Assembly (NCBI GenBank): GCA_021827405.1
Contig: JAKAVY010000002.1
Coordinates: forward strand, 12,464 to 76,463
Direction of reading: 5' to 3'
From: Thermoplasmata archaeon
GTDB taxonomy: Archaea > Thermoplasmatota > Thermoplasmata > Lutacidiplasmatales > UBA184
DNA length: 64,000 bases
Program-made: the position numbers and the translations under genes
In this document: positions 1-8,297 of the stretch, piece by piece
How the letters are laid out: each line of letters begins with the position of its first letter
Position numbering within the stretch: position 1 is the first letter of the stretch
The notes under the pieces: generated by a model
Databases searched by the model: none
What the model was told of the DNA's origin: nothing
Seen by the model: only the letters and a program-made list of their open reading frames with translations

Positions 1-12
1 TACCTAAGGGAC

Positions 13-564
13 TTGGAGTTCGTCCGGTCCCCTCGGGGGGTCCCCCCCGGGTTCCTCACACTGGCGAACCCTCCGGCCTACCAGCCTCCCCCGGCCTACC
101 CTGCTGCCCCCCCCACCCGGGCCGCATCCCCCGGGGGGAACCCCGCCCCACCCCCCCCGGTCGGTTACCTGAACCTCCCCCCTCCTCCCTTCCCGCCGGT
201 CATGGCGCCCCCGGCCCGGGCGCCTCCGCCCTCCTCCGTCCCGCTGGCCTTCACCGCCTCCCCGGCGGGAGGGGTGGTCCCGGGACCGGAACCGGCCCGG
301 GCGGAACCCCCGGGCCCGTTCCCCCCCGCGACAGAGGAGCCGCCCGGTACCGGGCCCGGAACGAGTGTGGAGACCGAGTCCCCTCCCGGTGAGGGAGCGG
401 GCGCGACCGCTGTCGACGCTCCGGCGCCGGCGGCCGACCCGGAGGCATCCCCGATGCCGGGGCAGGACGGAACCCCCCCGAAGCGTCGTTCCGGCGGCCA
501 GGGCCGACGGAAGGGGGGTCGGTCGACCCCCAAGGGCAACGGCGACGAGGGCGGGTCTCCCTGA
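13..564 (+). CDS. Pro/Ala/Gly-rich low-complexity ORF with no stop in frame back to the window edge; possibly the C-terminal tail of a gene that starts upstream of the window, or spurious
   Basis: Open frame from position 1. Extreme PPPA/PGPG composition with no recognisable domain. Confidence 0.15.
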   Translation: MEFVRSPRGVPPGFLTLANPPAYQPPPAYPAAPPTRAASPGGNPAPPPPVGYLNLPPPPFPPVMAPPARAPPPSSVPLAFTASPAGGVVPGPEPARAEPPGPFPPATEEPPGTGPGTSVETESPPGEGAGATAVDAPAPAADPEASPMPGQDGTPPKRRSGGQGRRKGGRSTPKGNGDEGGSP

Positions 565-618
565 CCCCGGGTCCCGGATCGCCGCGGCCGGGGGTATCCC
601 CCGGCCCGCGGAAGGGGT

Positions 619-1158
619 TCAGGCGGCCGGGTAGACGAGCTCTCCGCCCGGCTTCTGGTGGGACGGGAGCTTCTTGGTCGCCACGTTCTTGGTCTTCCAG
701 AAGATCTCGGCGAACTCCTGGACGCTCGCGACCAGTTCCTGGGCAGCCAGGAGGTTGACCTCCTGCCGTGCCTTGGACGCTTGTTTGAGGATCTTGAAGA
801 CCAGTTCGTGGACCTGGGGGAAGGCCTTCACCATGTCCGGGGTGAAGTAGTCGCCCCAGATCACCCGGATCTCGTGCTTGACCTTCTCCGCATGCTGCTC
901 CTTGACCGCGGTGTAGCGGGCGGCCTTGGAAGCGAACGTGTGCCGCTCCTCCGGCTTGGCGTCCGGCCCCGGGGCCGGGAGCTCGTTCAGGAGTTGGACC
1001 ATTCGGACCACGGTCAACGCCCCGATCTGGGCCTCGTGGGGGTCGTAGATGCCACAGGGGATGTCGCAGTGGGCGTAGGCCGTTTCCGGAGGGGCGAGGG
1101 CGTCCAGGAGCCGGTAGGACCGGTCCTTCAGGGTCTGCCAGGGCTTCATATCGACCAC
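619..1158 (-). CDS. sodN: Nickel-containing superoxide dismutase (Ni-SOD) precursor
   Basis: Ni-hook motif HCDIPCGIYDP after a 29-aa propeptide. Downstream VIWGDYFTP and EIFWKTK match Streptomyces SodN signatures (HCDLPCGVYDP, VLWSDYFKP, IFWETK). Confidence 0.9.
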   Translation of the reverse strand: MVDMKPWQTLKDRSYRLLDALAPPETAYAHCDIPCGIYDPHEAQIGALTVVRMVQLLNELPAPGPDAKPEERHTFASKAARYTAVKEQHAEKVKHEIRVIWGDYFTPDMVKAFPQVHELVFKILKQASKARQEVNLLAAQELVASVQEFAEIFWKTKNVATKKLPSHQKPGGELVYPAA

Positions 1159-1202
1159 GAAGGGAGCGGGGTTTAAAGCCCTGCGCGGGCCCCCGAAAGG
1201 GC

Positions 1203-1634
1203 ATGGCGCTGGACCCGGAAGGAGGTTCCTGGCACAGCCGGCTTCGTCGTCGGCTCCGCGCCCGGCGCTTCATGGTAGCGGACGAGAGCCTCGTCCCCCT
1301 GCTGCACCCCGGGGACAAGGTCCTCATGGACCCGGGGGCTTACCGCCGACGTGCGCCGCGCCCCGGCGAGTTCGTGGTCCTGGTGGACCCTCAGGGGCGG
1401 GTGCCGTGGCTCATCAAGCAGGTGGTGGCAGTCCGCGGGTCTTCCAAGGAGGGGAGGGGGGACGGGCCGCAGGTGGAGGTCCAGGGCACGGACCCCAGCC
1501 GGAGCCGGGACAGCCGCACGTTCGGGCCCGTGCCCCTCTCCAGCGTTCTGGGGGAGGCCTACTTCCGTTACTTCCCCCCGGCCCGCCGGGGGCCACTCGG
1601 ACCGGGGTCGGGGGCACCGGACCGGGACCCGTAG
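1203..1634 (+). CDS. sodX: S26 signal-peptidase-like Ni-SOD maturation protease (SodX-like); start uncertain (possibly the internal Met near 1272)
   Basis: Divergently adjacent to sodN. ADESLVPLL...GDKVL resembles the S26 GDSM...GD catalytic region. Confidence 0.55.
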   Translation: MALDPEGGSWHSRLRRRLRARRFMVADESLVPLLHPGDKVLMDPGAYRRRAPRPGEFVVLVDPQGRVPWLIKQVVAVRGSSKEGRGDGPQVEVQGTDPSRSRDSRTFGPVPLSSVLGEAYFRYFPPARRGPLGPGSGAPDRDP

Positions 1635-1768
1635 GGGGGCGGGGGTCGGGGTGGCCCTTCGGTACCGGGTGGTGTCCAGGACGACAAGGCCCCCCGGGCG
1701 GGCCCCTGGGGGAGGTGTCGAGACCCAGAGCCCCGGGGCTGGACCCCCGGGAGACCCCTCCGCGTCCG

Positions 1769-2908
1769 CTAGCTCCTCTCCCGGCCCTCTGAGGGGGCAG
1801 ACCGCACGGACCCGGTCGACCGGATGGACTGGTTCAGCGCGACCTCTGCGATGGTCCCGCAGAGGTGTCGCGCCGTCCCCATCCCCCAGGCGAACATGGC
1901 GAGGGAGGCGGTCTGGCGACGGGGAAGTCGGGCCCTGGCGAGGGCCAACTCCGTCTGCCGGAGGGAGCGCTGCGCCTCCTCTTGCGAACGGAGGACCCGA
2001 TGGGCGAGAGCGCTGTCTTCCCGCAGCAGGGAGCGGGAGGCATCCGTCACCATGGCTCGCAACGCCTCCAGATGTGAGCAGAGGTCCCTACGGAGACGCG
2101 GCGGTATCTCCCGGCCCTCGAGCCCGTCCCCGAGCGCGGACCCGGCTCTGAAGAGCAGGTCCGCGATCTCCTCCAGGACCTTGCCGACGACCCGGCTACC
2201 GAGGAGGTCCGGGGGCTCGGAGACGTCGAGCAGGCCGGCAAGACCACTGTCCTGGTGGGCCAGCATCAACTGGCGAAGGGTAAGGGCGTAGAGCCGGTCT
2301 GCCTCCGACTCCATCTCCCTTAGTTCCTCCAGGGGGATCCGACCTTGGGTCTCCATGGCCCTGGACAGCAGTTGGGTCATCTCCGTCACCACCAGACCGG
2401 CCCGGGCAAGGATCTGGGGGATCGTGTGTCGCCGCGGGTCCACGAAGCTCTGGAGGGCGATGAGGTGCCGGTCCAGGTACACCACTTGGAGCCCAACGAG
2501 GGAGCGAGCCACCCGGGCCACCTCCTTCTGCCGGTCCCGGTCGAACCCCTTCCCGTCGGCCAGTTCGATCCGGTCGTATCCCACCACGTAGGCCCCGAAG
2601 ACGGTCCGGGCCAGGACCTCCGGCTCGGAGAAGTGGGCCTCCTCCACCCGCAATACGCGTTCCCGAAAACGAGGGGCCGGGCCGGAGCCGAACGGATCCA
2701 CCGCGAGGCGACCATCCTCCTGGCCGCAGAGCCAGACCACCGACCCCCGGGACAGGGCGTGGCGTTCCACCCAGTTCTTGGGCAAACTGACCGCGAGGGT
2801 GTGTGGCCCGGATCGGTGGAGGTGCCGGGGCGAAGGAGGGAGACCCGTCCAGGCGCGGGGGCCGGTGCGGGGGAAGGCCTTGCCCGAGGGTCTCTCCTCG
2901 ACCGGCAT
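1769..2908 (-). CDS. PhoU-domain regulator with N-terminal AbrB/SpoVT-like DNA-binding domain (archaeal phosphate-uptake-regulator-like)
   Basis: N-terminus SLPKNWVERHALSRGSVVWLCGQEDGRLAV (looped-hinge helix), followed by helical PhoU-like repeats. Start placed at the ATG near 2908; the 551-aa track ORF has an upstream low-complexity extension that was rejected. Confidence 0.55.
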   Translation of the reverse strand: MPVEERPSGKAFPRTGPRAWTGLPPSPRHLHRSGPHTLAVSLPKNWVERHALSRGSVVWLCGQEDGRLAVDPFGSGPAPRFRERVLRVEEAHFSEPEVLARTVFGAYVVGYDRIELADGKGFDRDRQKEVARVARSLVGLQVVYLDRHLIALQSFVDPRRHTIPQILARAGLVVTEMTQLLSRAMETQGRIPLEELREMESEADRLYALTLRQLMLAHQDSGLAGLLDVSEPPDLLGSRVVGKVLEEIADLLFRAGSALGDGLEGREIPPRLRRDLCSHLEALRAMVTDASRSLLREDSALAHRVLRSQEEAQRSLRQTELALARARLPRRQTASLAMFAWGMGTARHLCGTIAEVALNQSIRSTGSVRSAPSEGRERS

Positions 2909-3125
2909 GGGGGAGGAGGCTCCTTCGGCAGGCACGGTGGCCGGGGTTCCCCCGGGAGACCTTAACCCTAGCCCACGGAGGTCCTGACGGTCTTGGACCG
3001 TCTGGACCGCACGGGGAAGACCCCTCCCCCCCCTCGTCCCGGACGACCATGACGCCAGCGCGGGGATCCCCGCCCGGGACTTCCCCGGTCCCGGTGGGCG
3101 GAGGGACCTCCCTGCGGGGTCCCCC

Positions 3126-5192
3126 ATGATCCTGGCCGAGGCCCTTCTCCTGGGAGGGATGGTCCTCTTCGTAGGGGGCATGGTTGTCGCCTGGACCCGC
3201 CCGACCGCCGGTGGGGTACGCGGGTCGTTCCTCCTGGGCTCCCTTGGTTGTGCGGTCGCCGCCATCCAGGCCGTGGAGCTGCTCGTCACCGGGACGGCCC
3301 CCTCCCTGGCCATCGGGTTCCCGGGCACCACCACGGGCGTTCCCCTCCTGGCCCTCTCCATCCAGGAGGATCCCCTGTCCGCGTTCTTCCTGCTGGTGGT
3401 AGCGGTCAGCGGCGGCGCGGTCATGCTGGCCTCGGTGGGCTACGTCGACCGCTACGTCCACGAACGCCGGGGGAGGCTCGCCGGCTTGTGCAACCTGTTC
3501 CTCCTGAGCCTGGTGCTGGTCTGTACCGCCGGGACCGTCTTCCTCTTCCTGGTCGCCTGGGAGGGGATGACCCTGGTCTCCTTCCTCCTCGTGGTCCACG
3601 AGCACCACGAACCGGAGAACCGGCAGGCGGGTCTCCGGTACGTGATCATGAGCCACGCGGCCGCGACCGGTGTCATCGCCTCCCTCCTTCTCCTGGCCGT
3701 CGGGACCGGACAGGCCGGTTGGGGCGGCATCGCCCAGGGGACCGCCCGTCTGTCCCCCTGGGTACGGGACGGGGCCTTCCTCGCCGCCCTGGGAGGGTTC
3801 GGGACCAAGGCGGGGATGGTGCCGCTCCACGTCTGGCTGCCCGGCGCCCATCCGGCCGCTCCGAGCAACGTCTCGGCCCTCATGTCCGGCGTCATGGTCA
3901 AGATGGGGATCTTCGGCCTTCTCCGGGTGGTCCTGGACCTCCTGGGGGGTGGCCCCTCGTGGTGGGCCTATGCCCTCCTTGCCTTGGGGGCCCTTTCTGC
4001 CCTGGTGGGGGTCCTCTACGCCATCGTTCAGCACGACCTCAAACGCCTGCTGGCCTTCCATTCCATCGAGAACATCGGGATCATCCTGATGGGGATCGGA
4101 GCGGGGCTGCTCTTCCTGAACCTCGGGTATCCCGCCCTCGCTGCCTTGGCCTTGGCGGCCGCCCTGCTTCACACCTGGAACCACGCGTTGTTCAAGTCCC
4201 TCCTCTTCCTCGGGGCCGGGGCCGCCGTCGGCAGCACCGGGACGCGGGACCTGGAGCGGATGGGGGGGCTCATACGCCGGATGCCGGGGGTCGCCCTGGG
4301 TTTCTTGGTAGGCTCCCTGGCCATCTCGGCCCTCCCCCCGTTCAATGGCTTCGTGAGCGAATGGCTCCTCTTCCAGAGCTTCTTCGCGGCCTTCACCACA
4401 GGGTCCGCGGGGACCGAGATGACGTTCTCAGCCCTCGCCGCGGTGCTGGCCCTGACGAGTGGGCTCGCGGCCTACTGCTTCGTGAAGGCCTTCGGGATCA
4501 CCTTCCTGGCCCGTCCCCGCACTCCCGAGGCGGCGAAGGCGGCCCCCGCGCCCCGGACGCTCGTGGCCGGGATGGGGATCCTCGCGCTATTCTGCCTGGT
4601 GCTGGGAGTGGCGCCCATCCTCGCGTTGGACCTGGCGGGGGGCCCCCTCCGGGAGCTCACCGGGACCACGCTGGGTACGGGAGTCCCCTTTTCCGTGTTC
4701 TCGAGTCTGCCCGGCCCCGGTTCCGTATCCCTCCCCTTCGCCCCGGGCCTCCTCGCGCTCCTCTTGGCCGGTGTCCTCGTCGTGGCCTGGGCCTTCTGGC
4801 GTCTCCGGGGAGCACCGCAGGTCGCCCCGGGACCCACCTGGGATTGCGGGATGGATCGGCCGACCCCGCGCATGGAGTATACCGCGACCGGCTACGCCCA
4901 ACCGCTGACCAGGATCTTCCGGGATTTCTACCGTCCCCGTGACCATGAGGAACGGCGCCCGGCCCTCCAGCCGGGCTGGGGAGATCTCTCCCGGATCAAG
5001 CGCTGGGCCCGGGAGATCGAGGACCCGGTCTGGAGATGGTTCTACCTTCCCCTCTCGCAGGGGACCCTCCATCTGGCCCGAAGGACCAGCCGGCTCCAGT
5101 CGGGCCGGATCCACGCGTACCTGGCCTACATGTTCACCACTCTCGTCCTCTTGCTCCTGCTCGTCCGGGTCGTCTGGGGGGGTACCCCGTGA
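3126..5192 (+). CDS. Hydrogenase-4/complex-I antiporter-like membrane subunit (HyfB/NuoL/MrpA family)
   Basis: 688 aa, polytopic. Motifs WLPGAHPAAPSNVSALMSGVMVKMGIFGLLR and HDLKRLLAFHSIENIG are typical of NuoL/HyfB. Confidence 0.85.
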   Translation: MILAEALLLGGMVLFVGGMVVAWTRPTAGGVRGSFLLGSLGCAVAAIQAVELLVTGTAPSLAIGFPGTTTGVPLLALSIQEDPLSAFFLLVVAVSGGAVMLASVGYVDRYVHERRGRLAGLCNLFLLSLVLVCTAGTVFLFLVAWEGMTLVSFLLVVHEHHEPENRQAGLRYVIMSHAAATGVIASLLLLAVGTGQAGWGGIAQGTARLSPWVRDGAFLAALGGFGTKAGMVPLHVWLPGAHPAAPSNVSALMSGVMVKMGIFGLLRVVLDLLGGGPSWWAYALLALGALSALVGVLYAIVQHDLKRLLAFHSIENIGIILMGIGAGLLFLNLGYPALAALALAAALLHTWNHALFKSLLFLGAGAAVGSTGTRDLERMGGLIRRMPGVALGFLVGSLAISALPPFNGFVSEWLLFQSFFAAFTTGSAGTEMTFSALAAVLALTSGLAAYCFVKAFGITFLARPRTPEAAKAAPAPRTLVAGMGILALFCLVLGVAPILALDLAGGPLRELTGTTLGTGVPFSVFSSLPGPGSVSLPFAPGLLALLLAGVLVVAWAFWRLRGAPQVAPGPTWDCGMDRPTPRMEYTATGYAQPLTRIFRDFYRPRDHEERRPALQPGWGDLSRIKRWAREIEDPVWRWFYLPLSQGTLHLARRTSRLQSGRIHAYLAYMFTTLVLLLLLVRVVWGGTP

Positions 5193-6154
5193 GCCTGCGC
5201 GTGGTGGGGCCGATGGTCCTCCTCCTGCTGGAGTATGCGTTCGTTCTCGCCGTCGGCCCGCTGCTCCTTTCCCTCGGCCGCCGGGTGAAGGCCCGGAGCC
5301 AAGGCCGGACCGGCAGCCCCCTGCTTCAACCGTACCGGGACCTCTGGAAGCTCCTGGGAAAGGGCGCGATCTACTCTGACACCTCGTCCTGGTTGACGCG
5401 CTGGGCCCCCGCGGTCTCCTTCGCGGCCCTGCTGGCCGCGGTCCCGCTCATCCCCTGGCTCGTGCTTCCCGCCCCGTTGGGATACGTGGGGGACCTCATC
5501 GTCCTGGTCGGCCTCCTGGCCCTCTCCCGGTTCATCGTCGCCCTGGCCGCCTTGGATGCGGGGAGCACCTTCGGTGGAATGGGCTCGAGCCGGGACATGT
5601 GGATGGGGGCGCTGGCCGAGCCGGTCTTCCTCCTCGTGATCTTCGCTTTCGGGGGGCCCGCGGGATCCACCCAGGCTGACGTGATCGCCGCGCGCGGCGT
5701 GGCGCTCGGTCTCGGGTACCTGAGCCCTCCGCTCCTGCTCGCCGTGGTGGCCTACGTGCTCCTGCTGCTCGTGGAGACGGGTCGGCTGCCCGTGGACAAC
5801 CCTGCGACCCACTTGGAGCTCACCATGGTCCATGAGGCCCAGACCCTGGAATACACTGGGCGGGACCTCGCGTTGCTGGAGTGGGGTCAGGGCCTCAAGC
5901 TCGCCCTCATGCTCGGGTTGCTCGCCGCCCTGGCCGTTCCCTGGGGGCTCGCGACCACCTGGGGCCTCCTCTTCCTCCTGGCCGCGCTGGCCGTGACCAG
6001 TCTCAAGCTGCTCGGGGGTCATCTCTTCGTGAGCGGCCTGGAGACCCGACTGGCCAAGTGGCGGCTCTTTCGGGTCCCGGATCTCACGACCCTCGCCGTG
6101 GTCCTGGCCTTCGGGTCCCTGGCGCTGACCTACGTCGTGGGGGGGGGCGCGTGA
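5189..6154 (+). CDS. NuoH/HycD/HyfC-like membrane subunit
   Basis: PLLQPYRDLWKLLGK motif (NuoH/HycD signature). GTG start overlaps the upstream stop (GTGA at 5189-5192). Confidence 0.8.
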   Translation: MSLRVVGPMVLLLLEYAFVLAVGPLLLSLGRRVKARSQGRTGSPLLQPYRDLWKLLGKGAIYSDTSSWLTRWAPAVSFAALLAAVPLIPWLVLPAPLGYVGDLIVLVGLLALSRFIVALAALDAGSTFGGMGSSRDMWMGALAEPVFLLVIFAFGGPAGSTQADVIAARGVALGLGYLSPPLLLAVVAYVLLLLVETGRLPVDNPATHLELTMVHEAQTLEYTGRDLALLEWGQGLKLALMLGLLAALAVPWGLATTWGLLFLLAALAVTSLKLLGGHLFVSGLETRLAKWRLFRVPDLTTLAVVLAFGSLALTYVVGGGA

Positions 6155-6807
6155 CGTCGTTCGCGACCCTGGCGTTGGACCTCGCGGCGGCTTCCGCGCT
6201 GGTCACGGCCTGGATCTGCCTGGTCCACCGGAGGATCACGGCGCTCGTGGACACCTACGCCGTCCAGTCCGCCTCGCTGGCGGTCACCGAAGGCCTCATT
6301 GCCTACCTCTACTCCGCTCCGGACCTGTACCTCCTGGCGCTCCTTACCTTCGTCGTGAACGCCCTGGTCCTCCCCGGGGTCCTGCGCCGGGTGGTCCGGG
6401 CCCTGCGGGTGAACCGCATGGTGAACACCTATGCCTCCGTGCGCGTGAGCGCCCTCGCTGGCCTGGGCCTGCTTCTCTTGGCCATCCTGGTGGTCGGACC
6501 CGTCGTCCCGTATGCGGAGGTCTCCTCCGCCGGTCTCCTGCCCATCGCCACGGCCATCCTGCTCATCGGCTTCTTCCTGCTCATCAGCCGGGAGAAGGCG
6601 GTCACCCAGGTAGTGGGCCTCCTGGTGATGAACAACGGCATCCTCCTCGCCGGGATCGCGCTTACCTACGGACTCGGCCTCTTCGTGGAACTGGCCCTGG
6701 CGGCGAACCTCCTGGTGCTGGCCATCGTGGCGCGGATCTTCCTCGCACGCATGAAGGAGTCCTTCGACCACGTAGACGTCGACGCGCTGCGCTCGCTCGA
6801 GGGATGA
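6151..6807 (+). CDS. HyfE-like small membrane subunit (NuoK-related)
   Basis: 218 aa with about 6-7 TM helices, in the position and size of HyfE. GTGA overlap at 6151-6154. Confidence 0.65.
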   Translation: MTSFATLALDLAAASALVTAWICLVHRRITALVDTYAVQSASLAVTEGLIAYLYSAPDLYLLALLTFVVNALVLPGVLRRVVRALRVNRMVNTYASVRVSALAGLGLLLLAILVVGPVVPYAEVSSAGLLPIATAILLIGFFLLISREKAVTQVVGLLVMNNGILLAGIALTYGLGLFVELALAANLLVLAIVARIFLARMKESFDHVDVDALRSLEG

Positions 6808-8297
6808 TCCGGATGATCGAAGGCCCCTTCTGGATGCTGGCCCTGCTTCTGACCCCGCTGGTGGGAGGGGGACTGGTCTGGGTCTCCCGGACCCGGGCCC
6901 AGCTCAATGCCTCGGCGGCGGCCACGGGGGCGGCCTCCTTCGGGTTCCTGCTCTTTGTTTTGGACCAGGTCCTTGCCACTGGACCCACTTTCGCGGTCGG
7001 GGGTCTCCTTTACGTCGACGCCCTCTCGGGGCTGCTCCTGCTCGTCATCACGCTCGTGGGATTGGCGAGCCTGCTCTATTCCATCGACTACCTGGGCCGC
7101 AGCGGAAGCCCGCACGAGGCCTCCGTTCCTCGCCTTCGCCGATACTACGGACTGGTTCTTCTCTTCCTCTTCACCATGTACCTCGTTTCAGAGGCCAACA
7201 ACCTGGGGCTGCTGTGGACCGCCCTGGAGGGGACCACCCTTGTCTCCGCGCTCATGGTCGGCTATTACCAGACCCGCCGGGCCCTGGAGGCATCGTGGAA
7301 GTACCTCATCCTCTGCAGCGCCGGACTCGCCTTCGCCCTGTTCGGGACTCTCCTGCTCTACCTGGCGTCGATCCGGGCCCTGGGATCCGGGGCCTCCGGG
7401 CTCGATTGGACCACCCTCGTCCAGGCCGGCGGACATCTGGACCCGGGGCTGGTCCAACTGGCCTTGGTCTTCCTTTTCGTGGGCTACGGGACCAAGGCGG
7501 GGCTGGCCCCGCTCCACAACTGGCTCCCGGACGCCCACTCGGAGGCCCCCACCCCGGTCTCGGCCCTGCTCTCAGGCGCGCTCTTGAACTGCGCCATGTA
7601 CGCGTTGATCCGGGTAGACGCCATCACGTTAAGGATCCCGGGATTCACGTTGACCCATTGGCTCCTGCTGATCTTCGGTTTGAGCTCGGTCTTCGTCGCC
7701 GCCTTGTTCATCCTCGTCCAGCACGACCTCAAGCGTCTGCTCGCCTACCACTCCGTGGAGCACATGGGGATCATCACCCTAGGGCTCGCCTTTGGTGGGT
7801 TCCTGGGCGTCTTCGGCGCCCTGTATCACCTGCTCAACCATGCGGTCACCAAGGCCGCGCTCTTCCTCATTGGCGGAAACCTCGCCCTCCAGGCCCAGAC
7901 GAAGGACCTCGAACAGATCCAGGGTGCGCTCGCCGCCGTGCCCGCCACCGCGATCGCGCTCCTGCTCGGAGGCCTCGCCCTGGGGGGGGTCCCACCCTTC
8001 TCCGTCTTTGCCAGCGAGTTCGTCATCCTCACCGCGGGGTTCACCGATGGGAATGCCTGGGGGGCGATCCTCCTTCTCGTGGCCCTGGCCATCGTTTTCG
8101 CCGGGCTCATTGGCCATTTGGTCCACATGCTGTTCGGGGGGAACCCCTCCCGGCACTATCTCCCCGGACTGCGCCGTGCGGTGGGGGCTTCGATCGGCGT
8201 AGGGCTCCTTATGGCCCTGGCGCTTGGGCTGGGACTGTTCCTGCCCAACCCGCTCTCCCAGCTCTTGCACGGGGCCGTCCAGGCGGTGAACGGATGA
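6804..8297 (+). CDS. Antiporter-like membrane subunit (HyfF/NuoM/NuoN family)
   Basis: WLPDAHSEAPTPVSALLSGALLNCAMYALIR and HDLKRLLAYHSVEHMG motifs. ATGA overlap at 6804-6807. Confidence 0.85.
   Translation: MIRMIEGPFWMLALLLTPLVGGGLVWVSRTRAQLNASAAATGAASFGFLLFVLDQVLATGPTFAVGGLLYVDALSGLLLLVITLVGLASLLYSIDYLGRSGSPHEASVPRLRRYYGLVLLFLFTMYLVSEANNLGLLWTALEGTTLVSALMVGYYQTRRALEASWKYLILCSAGLAFALFGTLLLYLASIRALGSGASGLDWTTLVQAGGHLDPGLVQLALVFLFVGYGTKAGLAPLHNWLPDAHSEAPTPVSALLSGALLNCAMYALIRVDAITLRIPGFTLTHWLLLIFGLSSVFVAALFILVQHDLKRLLAYHSVEHMGIITLGLAFGGFLGVFGALYHLLNHAVTKAALFLIGGNLALQAQTKDLEQIQGALAAVPATAIALLLGGLALGGVPPFSVFASEFVILTAGFTDGNAWGAILLLVALAIVFAGLIGHLVHMLFGGNPSRHYLPGLRRAVGASIGVGLLMALALGLGLFLPNPLSQLLHGAVQAVNG

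Noticed and set aside
251-1327. 358-aa minus-strand ORF overlapping sodN in another frame
   Set aside because: Arg/Pro-rich junk. The sodN frame has unambiguous Ni-SOD signatures.
2196-4184. 662-aa minus-strand ORF antisense to hyfB
   Set aside because: Gly/Pro/Arg/Asp low complexity with no domain. Typical GC-rich antisense artefact of a bona fide membrane-protein gene.
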